DNA of 22,202 nucleotides from Macrostomum lignano (Eukaryota): NCBI GenBank assembly GCA_002269645.1, contig NIVC01002125.1, positions 180,428 to 202,629 of the forward strand, read 5' to 3'. Shown piece by piece: positions 1 to 11,362 of this stretch (position 1 is its first letter; each line of letters starts with the position of its first letter). The notes under the pieces were generated by a model. It saw only the letters and a program-made list of their open reading frames with translations, ran no database searches and was not told where the DNA came from. The position numbers and the translations under genes were made by a program.

Positions 1-143
1 GGCGGATCAGCCGCGTGTGTCGATTGCCAGCGACACCTGCAGGCATTGATGGGGTCGGCTTGGTGCCGGCTGGGTATATAGGCACTGCTGTAGTCTAGTA
101 GTTGGTGTGTTATAGAGTCTGGTACAGTCTAAATGTAGGTGTC

Positions 144-527
144 GGTGTAGTCTAGGGGTTGGTGTAGTCTAGGGGTTGGTGTAGTCTAGGGTTGGTGTAA
201 GTCTAGGGGTTGGTGTGTCTAGGGGTTGGTGTAGTCTAGGGTTGGTGTAGTCTAGGGGTTGGTGTAGTCTAGGGGTTGGTGTAGTCTAGGGGTTGGTGTA
301 GTCTAGGGGTTGGTGTAGTCTAGGGTTTGGTGTAGTCTAGGGGTTGGTGTAGTCTAGGGGTTGGTGTAGTTTAGGGGTTGGTGTAGTTTTAGGGGTTGGT
401 GTAGTCTAGGGGTTGGTGTAGTCTAGGGGTTGGGTAGTCTAGGGGTTGGTGTAGTTTAGGGTTGGTGTAGTCTAGGGGTTAGTTTAGTCTAGGGTTGGTG
501 TAGTCTAGGGGTTGGTGTTGTCTAGGG
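144..527 (+). repeat. 17-bp G-rich minisatellite (GTAGTCTAGGGGTTGGT)n, ~22 copies
   Basis: Direct periodicity with occasional 1-bp indels; degenerate GT-rich flanks at ~85-143 and 528-565. Lies just downstream (minus-strand sense) of the GPCR exon, so probably intronic. Confidence 0.97.
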
Positions 528-569
528 ATCGGTCTGGACTGTAGTTGTATGTAGGCTAGGTTATGGACC

Positions 570-982
570 TGAATGCCAGCCTTTAATTGCAACAGGGTCG
601 AGTAGAGCATGTGAGAAGCTGGCACGTGGACTCGTCCATAACAGCCAGCGTGAGTAGCAGCTTAATGTCAAAGGCGGCCTGCAGCCAGAGGTCGAGGAAT
701 CGCAGCCAGAGCAGGGCGGTGTCCAGTCCAGCGAGCAAAGCCAAGTACAAGCAGACGGGCAGCGGTCTTCTGCTGTAGACCAGCATCATCCGGCAACAGA
801 GGCAGTTCAGGCAGCTGCCACACAGCAGCAGCAGTGGCGCCAAGACGCAGCTGGCCGTCAGGAGGCGTTCTGAGGCGAAGTCTGCGAGCAGAGCGGCTGC
901 AGCTGATCAGGGCTGAGGCCCTGGGTGTCGGGCACCGGTGGCATCGAGCCTGATGATGCCGTGGCGTTCTTCGATCCTGCGG
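570..982 (-). CDS. Partial class A (rhodopsin-like) GPCR exon, N-terminus through TM3, peptide-receptor-like; frameshifted as given (sequence error or pseudogene)
   Basis: The minus frame of ORF 583..843 extends upstream to 906: AAALLADFASERLLTASCVLAPLLLLCGSCLNCL (TM1, P..G...N.L pattern), RRPLPVCLYLALLAGLDTALLW (TM2, YLxxLAxxD), WLQAAF...STCQLLT (ECL1 Trp and TM3 Cys). Restoring one G at ~900 joins an N-terminus with a sequon (KNATASSGSMPPVPDTQGLSPDQL). Restoring one A at ~610 continues TM3-like MLYSTLLQLKAG. Candidate acceptor TTTTCCCTTGCAATCGCACAG ends at 983. Exact exon ends are uncertain. Confidence 0.75.
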
Positions 983-1003
983 CTGTGCGATTGCAAGGGA
1001 AAA

Positions 1004-1292
1004 CCTTCAGACAGTGTCCTTCAGACAGTGTCCTTCAGACAGTGTCCTTCAGACAGTGTCCTTCAGACAGTGTCCTTCAGACAGTGTCCTTCAGACAGTG
1101 TCCTTCAGACAGTGTCCTTCAGACAGTGTCCTTCAGACAGTGTCCTTCAGACAGTGTCCTTCAGACAGTGTCCTTCAGACAGTGTCCTTCAGACAGTGTC
1201 CTTCAGACAGTGTCCTTCAGACAGTGTCCTTCAGACAGTGTCCTTCAGACAGTGTCCTTCAGACAGTGTCCTTCAGACAGTGTCCTTCAGAC
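1004..1292 (+). repeat. 14-bp perfect minisatellite (CCTTCAGACAGTGT)n, ~20.6 copies
   Basis: Exact periodicity. It explains ORFs 925..1386, 938..1330 and 1014..1319. Its edge is ~20 bp from the putative GPCR acceptor. Confidence 0.98.
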
Positions 1293-2130
1293 TTCGGAGT
1301 TTCAGTGGGAAGAAGATAGATTGCAGATGAACTGCCCACGCAATTACGTTACGGTTTGCTCAATACTGTTTTCATTAGTCCCATGAGGAGGATTCGTCAG
1401 AATTACCGATGTATTCCCAGTGCATGCTTCCTGGATCAGATTGATTGGAGCTCAGATTGACACGGACAATATAGCTGGAAAAAATGGGCTAACAGAGTGC
1501 AATATAAGCTCCGACAGACGGGTGCAGGGAGAAGAGCTACTCATTTATCACTCTGATGATTCATGCACATCCTATTATCCAATTCTGCAACCGACCGGAG
1601 ACCTGAAAATCTGTTTGTATTACTATAATTTACCTGGACCTTTTTTCTGTCAGTATCATGACGCCAGTTCCTTTAAGAAAACCTCTCAAAACCTTTTAAG
1701 AAGTTAGTGGCACCTCGAGGATATTTTTTGTAAGAGCATGTCCTCTCTAAAACACTGAGGAAATAAATATCCCTGCCCATGCCTGCTAGTAGTCCTTGGA
1801 AACTGGGGAACTGCAGTCTCACCGGAAGCCGGAACTGGCAACTCTTCATCAGCCGCCTCGGTCCACATGACGCAGTTGAAATCAGTCAGGCGGCTGGGCA
1901 CAGCCTCGTCCGGCTTCTATAGAAACAGCCGCTGTTCAGAGTGTTAAACCAGCTGGTGTTGCGTCTGAGGCCCAGCTCATCGTGCGGGTTGGTCGCGTGG
2001 CCCGTCTTGGCCGCGCGGAATCGGATTCGACCGCCTGTGCCGCCTCTGACCATGGCAACAGTTGCTAGGGGGAGAGCAGGTGTGAATGTACCAGTTGATG
2101 CGGCGGGACTAGAGGTTTGGGAGAAGACTA

Positions 2131-2268
2131 ATGAAGCTAGATCTAAGAGGCTGGTTGAAGCCACTGATGAAGCTAGATCTTGGAGGCTGTATGAAGCCAC
2201 TGATAAAGCTAGATCTAGGAGGCTGGATGAAGCCACTGATGACGCTAGATCTAGGAGGCTGGCAGAAC
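2131..2268 (+). repeat. 36-bp tandem repeat, ~3.8 copies (ATGAAGCTAGATCTAGGAGGCTGGATGAAGCCACTG)
   Basis: Units start at 2131, 2167, 2203 and 2239. Translates as EATDEARSRRL-type 12-aa repeats in ORF 1941..2288. Contains the palindrome CTAGATCTAG. Confidence 0.9.
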
Positions 2269-2539
2269 TTTGCCGAGCTAAGCGTTGATTTTGAAAAAAA
2301 TCAAACTAACTTACGCCAAATTCTCGGATCTATTGATTCACTGAGTTGTGAGAAGTCTCAGCTGTCTAATTCCCAAGCTTAAATGCGCTTTTCTGTGTTT
2401 CTGAACTCCCCTCTCTTATCTGCTATCCAGTCAATCCAAGCTATCAGCCACCGCGGTCCAATTAGAAGTCAGCGAGACGACAGACAGCAAAACCGATAAG
2501 TTCAGTCCACGAGTACTGGTTCCGTGATGACCCTGAGGT

Positions 2540-2680
2540 TTCATGGAGTTCTTAAGGACTTCACGGAGATTTTTGTGGTACCATGGAGTTTTATAGACGC
2601 CAGAAAGATCCCTGATGTGCTATGAAGTTGCTAAAGACACCATGAAGATCCTTGATGTGCCATGAAGTCGTTAATGGTAC
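2540..2680 (+). repeat. Old degenerate ~39-40-bp tandem repeat (CCATGRAGTT...AAGATCCYTGATGTG)
   Basis: Units at ~2581 and ~2620 align (CCATGGAGTTTTATAGACGCCAGAAAGATCCCTGATGTG vs CTATGAAGTTGCTAAAGACACCATGAAGATCCTTGATGTG), with partial copies on either side. Confidence 0.6.
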
Positions 2681-2945
2681 ATCATAACAATGGCTCTTAC
2701 TGATGAAGTTTCATTATGTAGTGATATCAGATTAACTGGAGCCTCCAAGGGTAATTCATTTTATTTTGGCCCCAATTAGTGGCCTAGTGGCTGAGACAGG
2801 GCAGGAAATGTACATTGCGGAGCGGGTGGTAAGACGTACATTTAAGGGGTGCTGGATGGGTGGAATGTACATTTAGTGGCGAGGGGGCAGACAGAAAAAC
2901 AGCCTATCAGTTTATAGTTAAAATAAAGGGCATCAGTCTATCAGT

Positions 2946-3088
2946 GGGCCCAGCTCAGTGGTCATGCCGCATTCCCGTGGAACAGAGAATGTGAGGCTCC
3001 AGGCTGCTCGATTCGATGAAGGCCGTGTGAGTACGCGGCGGTCGAGAAATGGGAAGGTAGCTGTGAGGCAGCTGGGCCCTAGTTTTTT
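2946..3088 (+). ncRNA. Candidate structured Pol III-type small RNA of unassigned family (or decayed tRNA-derived element)
   Basis: 10-bp terminal inverted repeat GGGCCCAGCT (2946-2955)/AGCTGGGCCC (3070-3079); internal hairpins 2966-2974/2987-2997, 3007-3013/3040-3046 and 3022-3028/3033-3039; box-A-like CAGCTCAGTGG (2951-2961); T6 at 3083-3088; AT-rich TATA-like tract ~20-35 bp upstream. Confidence 0.4.
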
Positions 3089-3780
3089 GCTTTGTTTTGC
3101 AACTATCTGTCATGACAATCATTATGAATGATATTTGATGAAGTTGGCAAAGTTTCACGTTTGAGGCTTAATCGCTTCGTGCCGATATGTATAGAAAGTT
3201 AACTTTAATTTTAGAAAGTATAAAAATAAAGGTAAATACAGAAAGATTATGTACATGGGCTACTTTCGGCTGCAGGTTTAATTTTTAATGCCTATTGCAA
3301 GGCCAATGTCAATCATGTATGTTTAACAATATACTCATACCTAATTTTTCATTGTTAGTAGTACGTTTTGAATGAAAATTCGTTGATAAAAATTAACTTG
3401 TCGAAAGGCAGTGAGATGGCGATGATGCTACTAAACTGAGAGTAGCTCAGTAGTATCTTTGCAAGGGACATACCATCTAGCTCGTACGTAGTCTATAACT
3501 AGAGTTGAAAATTCATTGCAATTGACCAAAAGAGTAATTAAAATACGGCACTTGTGTAGCCATGCTATGCAAATTACTCGTAATTAGTAATGATCTGAGA
3601 AGCCTGTGTACTGGCTGTCGTTTATGACACCCTAAAGATCCTTGATGAATCTAAAGTTCCGAAATGCTATATCATCAATATTCTCCAGACATTATTTAAG
3701 TGGGTATTACATGTTGTTCTTTTAACTTTGAGTAAATTAGGTATATGGATTTTTTCTCTTATTTATCCCATAGATACCTT

Positions 3781-6150
<2,370 letters not shown>

Positions 6151-6567
6151 CTCATTAACAGTCCATGCTAAATATAGAAAAAAAGGTGAGTCCAGTTCTG
6201 TAACGAGTGATCTCCTGCCCCAAAATTTAGAGTTCTCAAAAATCCGGAGCACTTTTTTTCGAGCAGCAGGGTTTCAAGTAACCAGACCAGTATTGAAATT
6301 GGGAAGCTACCCTGACTAGGAAATTTCCCAAAAGGCCGGTTATGAATTTCTCCCATATGCCGGCAGGAGGTTGATTGACTGACTGAACCGACAGGGCCCT
6401 GGAGACCTCGCACCCATGGGGACACCCAAAACCTCCGGATGCAACGCTGATTTGTTATCCTCGTCCCTCTACCGAAGTCGGGAAGCCGGAATTTCCTGAC
6501 CAAGCAGAGCTAACAAATTTTTTAATAATAAAAAAATAATTGGCCAGACGAGGTGGCACACGGAATT

Positions 6568-7050
6568 ACTCACAAGTGACACAAGACTGACACACGGCAT
6601 CACTCATAAGTGACACAAGACTGACACACGGCATCACTCATAAGTGACACAAGACTGACACACGGCATCACTCATAAGTGACACAAGACTGACACACGGC
6701 ATCACTCATAAGTGACACAAGACTGACACACGGCATCGCTCACAAGTAACACAAGCAGAGCTCAGACTGACACACATCGCTCACAAGTGACACAAGCAGA
6801 GCTCAGACTGACACACATCGCTCACAAGTGACACAAGCAGAGCTCAGACTGACACACATCGCTCACAAGTGACACAAACAGAGCTCAGACTGACACACAT
6901 CGCTCACAAGTGACACAAGCAGAGCTCAGACTGACACACATCGCTCACAAGTGACACAAGCAGAGCTCAGACTGACACATATAGCTCACAGGGGACAAAA
7001 GCAGAGTTTAGACTGACACACATCGCTCACAGGGGACACAAGCAGAGCTC
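6568..7050 (+). repeat. Composite minisatellite: 5 x 34-bp unit then ~7.4 x related 41-bp unit
   Basis: Unit A AGTGACACAAGACTGACACACGGCATCACTCATA starts at 6575, 6609, 6643, 6677 and 6711. Unit B AGTGACACAAGCAGAGCTCAGACTGACACACATCGCTCACA starts at 6745. Confidence 0.95.
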
Positions 7051-8122
7051 CGTGGCATCTCAGACACTGCAAAGAAGCCTAGCAAAGCCATCCGTTTCAC
7101 CTGTCCATCTGGGCTACTGTGCAGTAAAACTAATTACTCAAACAGGTGATTCTACCCCGCCAGGTGAGCGGTGCACGCGCGACGAGGAAAAGACATGAGC
7201 TAGGGGCTGAGATTTCAGCTCGGGATACGGCCACGGCGGGGGGGGAGAATATCAGAGTGGACGGCGCAGCCCACTAGACGAGAACCACAGCTAATCCTGA
7301 TTGCGGGATATTATTTTATTTTCGGCCGCATCCCTACTCTCGATTTCTCAAAATGAGTCGCCCCAATAGTCTCTCCCGCCCTATCACTCCTATTCCCATC
7401 CTTTTTCATCTCTGTTCCGTAATCTCTCACGCCTACTTCTACCATCCCAGTCCGCTGGCTCGATGCTCGCGGACGAGGGGGTGGGCGAGGAGGCGCGGCG
7501 GTGTCCCCGCAGCCGCAATTGGAGAGAGAAAGATCGCTGTCTCCCCGAATACCCCCCTCCCCTCTCTCTGTCTCCGCCAGCCCGTGTGTGTGCGAAGGCT
7601 GATGCAAGGCTCGGCGGGACGGGAGGCCGTGTTTCACTTCCATCCCGCCACCCCACCCCGGCAGAGTCGCACCATTACTCTGACCTCCTAGTTGCTGCTC
7701 CCGCTCCTTCTTTCTTTCTCCATCGCCCCTCCCCTTCCCCTCCATTGCTGCCATCTCAGTCCCCCACACCGCTGCGACGGGCGAGTAGACGATGAGGCGG
7801 AGTTCTTCCCACCCCACCCCTCCCCCTGTTCTCCCCATGTCTTCCCCTACAGCCTCCTCTTGTGCTTTTCCACGCCTCAGTATAGGGGAGCTCAAACGCG
7901 ACGAATATGAGAGCGACTGTGATTATAGCGATGTTTAAGAGAGGCGATGACTTATAAGATGAAGCGCACTTGAAGAGTGAACATTTTTGCTATCGCTTCA
8001 GCCAGACTGAGACCGTTGCAAAGGTGCAGAAGGAAGTCTTAGAAATCCAATCGGTCGGAGGCTTCGATTAGTGACGCAGATCGCACGGCCACAGCTGAGG
8101 CGCCGGCGGCTGAGGCGGCGGC

Positions 8123-9004
8123 ATGGGCGGCAGGAAGCTACCGATCGGCTCCTCCAGAGCATCCAGCTCGGCTGCTGCTGCCACTGCTGCGGCTGTAGCC
8201 ACGGCTGCCGCTTCAACTGGAGCAGCAGCTTCTATGCGTCGCGGCTCCCGACCGAGGGCCGGCTCCTCCGCTGAGATCTCTGCTATCGATCTCAGCCTGC
8301 TGCTGGCGCTCTACCAGAGCCTGCTTGGCCAGCTGGGCACGACGGTCGACAGCCGACGGGCCAGGGATGACTTGCACAATCTGCGGAATCGAGCCTGGGA
8401 CCAGGTAAATCTGGCGTACCAGCTTCAGCAGCAGAACCAGCAACAACAGGAGCAGAACCAGCAACAGCAGCAACAGGCTCTCAATCTTCTCGTAGAGTCT
8501 GTCGCCTACTTTGCCGATCTGCTATTGATGACGCACCGTCTGATGCAGAGGTTCCCCGCAACCGATCAGCAGAGCGCATCCGCTTCCAGCGGCCCCATCC
8601 CTGTTGGCCTGCACGAAGGCCAGCGGCTGCCCGGCGGCCACCACCACGGCCGAATGTCGGCCTCGGCAGCAGCCGCAGCTGCTGCAGCAGCTACCACGTG
8701 GAATCCCCTGGCAGATGCAGACAGAGCGCGCGAACTGGCAGACAGTCTCAGACAGCAGCAGCAGCAGCAGCAGCACCATCAGCTGGAAGAGACCTGGTCC
8801 GCTTTGATTCGCACGGACAGCAGCGACAGCTTTGACAGCTATGTGTTTCAGCATCAGCCGGTGCTGCTAGAAATTCACACCGGTTCGAGAGGGCGCCGCC
8901 GTCGTTGCGTGGCGCTGATCGTTGTTGTCCTGGTGGTCATAATCACATTCGCGGTTGTGCTGGGCGTCTGCATCACTCTGCTCACGCCAAGGCACCCGCC
9001 CTGA
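8123..9004 (+). CDS. Intronless 293-aa tail-anchored protein of the RGS9BP (R9AP)/RGS7BP (R7BP) syntaxin-like RGS-anchor family
   Basis: ATG in good context (GCGGCATGG), GC-rich coding bias. LALYQSLLGQLGTTVDSRRARDDLHNLRNRA matches, from memory, the family helix motif (R9AP-type Y..L...G.S.DS..LR.EL...R..A; R7BP-type ALY.EL...IG). A second helix ends ...HRLMQRFP like R9AP ...ELGAAFP. The C-terminus is RRRRR-C-VALIVVVLVVIITFAVVLGVCITLL (TM) plus a short tail. Poly-Ala/Gln inserts. Orthology within the family is not resolved. Confidence 0.75.
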   Translation: MGGRKLPIGSSRASSSAAAATAAAVATAAASTGAAASMRRGSRPRAGSSAEISAIDLSLLLALYQSLLGQLGTTVDSRRARDDLHNLRNRAWDQVNLAYQLQQQNQQQQEQNQQQQQQALNLLVESVAYFADLLLMTHRLMQRFPATDQQSASASSGPIPVGLHEGQRLPGGHHHGRMSASAAAAAAAAATTWNPLADADRARELADSLRQQQQQQQHHQLEETWSALIRTDSSDSFDSYVFQHQPVLLEIHTGSRGRRRRCVALIVVVLVVIITFAVVLGVCITLLTPRHPP

Positions 9005-11362
9005 CAACCCTGAAAATTCAGACTCGCTCCCCTTGTCGCTTCTTGTCCCTCCCTGTCTTTAACTATATGAACTTGTCAACTGTCTTTAAATAGCGTTTTA
9101 CTTAAGGTCACTACTTGCCCAAGCCACTAACACATTTTGCAACAATATGCTTTCACAGCCCCGCAAATCTGCCACGACCTATGCTTGCCTAGGCTATAAA
9201 TGTATTTGAAATGCGAGTTATCCGAAATTTGTTGCCGAAATTTGTCTTTGTCACTTTCTGTTTATTTAATTAGTGATCAAAAAGCTGTGTTGTGTTGCCC
9301 TGGGTAGTCGATTATGACAGGTGTCGGAGCTGCTGCACTCAAATTGTCACGGATACAACTTTCTCGAAAGTCATTAGGGCATTTAGGACAAAGTCTGTGT
9401 ACGTACAGGAAACCAATGTATTTTCAGTGGTCCATTGTGGCTCAAAAGATAGCGTACGATTAAATTGTATCGAAGCTTGGGACACACGTACGACAACAAT
9501 AAAACCTATTAAATGTCTCTTTCATTCAACTCAGGATGGATTATCTATTCGATTCATAACTGCAAGCAAGAAATCAAATGAAGCAACTTGCGATTGGTCA
9601 CGTTTTCCCACTGAAGCTTTTGTTGGTAGCTGCTCTCTCCTAATAAGGAGTGATTGTGATCCAATGAAGCATGACTGATCCGTGCTCCGTCAGCGCTACT
9701 GCTCAAAGGCTGTCCAATAGAACGCCCTCAGTCTTGTGAGTGACAACTCATGTAACATATTGCATGGATACTAATACAGGCCCTTTCTCTCACATAGCGA
9801 GAGCAACAGACTGAGGTTGTTTTGTTGAACTATTTGTACTTTGGAGCAGTATAGCTCCGTAAAGCTTGTCCACCCCTCTTATGAATATATTGGATCACCT
9901 ATTCGGCTATTAGCTGTTTCGCGGGCTCGCATTTTCGAAGGCAGATAATGATAGTGGCTGAAGGACTAATTGTTGGTTAATTTTAGAACATTGTCTAGGT
10001 CTGCTAATGTCAATAGCGGATCGCTGTTGTTGAACGTACCATACATGTAGTTCATGTCAAAAAAATTCTCCCGGCTGTTGCGTCTTTCTTTGCTGAGGCA
10101 GCGAAGTCCGCGGCTGTTTAAAATTCTTCACTATCCTTGGTCTCGAGATCCAATTCAGTTCACACATTTTGCCTAGAGTAATTATCTTGAAGTTAATTGT
10201 TAAATTTGTCCCTTAGTTTCTTCTGCGCGTCAAGCTTTCCATTTCGATCACGTGACCGATAAACTCAACGGGACGGGTATTTAAAAGAGATCGAAACTTC
10301 TTTTGGACTCCTAATTTAGGTTAGAGCACCAGTCCGGGTCTCTGAGTCGGCACGCGCTGCAAAATGGGGAATGAAGGACAAGAGAATGTCTGGGAACAGC
10401 TTCTGTCCCGTTCCTTCGAGTGTCATGCTGAGCAGAGCGATGGGGCGCCTCCGTCTCTCTGATCAGGCCGGGCGATCAAGGGGACAGTGGGTGAAGGGGG
10501 GCTTTGCAAAATCCGGTTAGGGGGAAATCAAATCGAGCCCCCTGCCGCTCTTCCAGCCTCTTCATCAGCATCTTCCCCTCCGTCTCTCACTCTCTGGCAG
10601 CGCGGCCTCTCAAATTTCATTTCTGGGCCGGGCCTTGAGTCTGCGCCGAGTCCCTCGGCATTGGAGACATGGAGTTCTAGGCCTAGATACCTGGATTAGA
10701 AGCAAACAGGAAAAGTCACGTTCTTCCTGTTCAAATATGGCCGCCTTTTTTAGATTTTCAGCGATGCCTTTGCTATAAAATTCATAGAATTTAACAGACC
10801 GAAGTTTATTTTGGCATAAACAATTAAAAAACAACTTTAAAAATTGAATAAACCCAAACAGAAGCTATCCTTATTTTTTCCACATGCGCTTTTTAAAGTC
10901 GTGACAAAATGTAAAAAAACTCAGAAGAATGGGGGTCCGAGGTTTTCACTCCAGATGCTGCATCTAGAATTCCATGGCTCAACGAATTCGCTGTGCAGTG
11001 AAGAGAGACGGGGAGAATGGGGAGGGTGAAGGAGAGAAATGAAACTTAGGCGTGCGTAGCGCAAGCACCCGATGGGGAAGGGGAAGGGATCGGAGAGCCG
11101 ACTTAAGCCGTCCTTCGGCTCGTCGTCTGCTGTCGCATGCGAGGGCCGTTCGCTTCCTCCTACGCAGTGGGGCCGCATGGCTGAGTCGTCCTGCTCTCGT
11201 CAAGAGCTGTTGGAGAAAAGGGAAATGCAATGCAACAGGAGCAGCAATTCAATGGAGCTACGCGTCTAATGAGAATGCCTGCAGCAGTTCAACACAGAAC
11301 ATCGACAAATTTTGGTTACTTTGTTTTAAATACCTGACCTCTAAGTCGTTTGAACAGACTTT

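Noticed and set aside
925-1386. ORFs of 101-153 aa with SFRQCPSDSVLQTV repeats
   Set aside because: Fully explained by the stop-poor 14-bp array.
2925-3088. Partial resemblances to RNase P (ATCAGTGGGCC, TGGAACAGA, GGAAGGT), U11 5' end (AAAGGGC..TC.GTC..AGTGG), 7SK, hammerhead and HDV ribozymes
   Set aside because: RNase P motifs are in the wrong order and CR-V is absent; no canonical Sm site plus 3' stem for U11; no GATC stem for 7SK; no CTGATGA...GAAA core or HDV L3/catalytic C in register.
3443-3454. Box-A-like TAGCTCAGTAGT
   Set aside because: No box B or cloverleaf downstream.
7311-7910. Several overlapping 70-194-aa ORFs
   Set aside because: Low-complexity CT-rich, GC-rich sequence upstream of the R9AP-like gene keeps frames open by composition; no domain or consistent frame.
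9292-9678. 128-aa plus-strand ORF and a long minus frame with scattered stops (~9290-10260)
   Set aside because: Non-ATG start, no recognisable domain; stop density in the minus frame is near random expectation.
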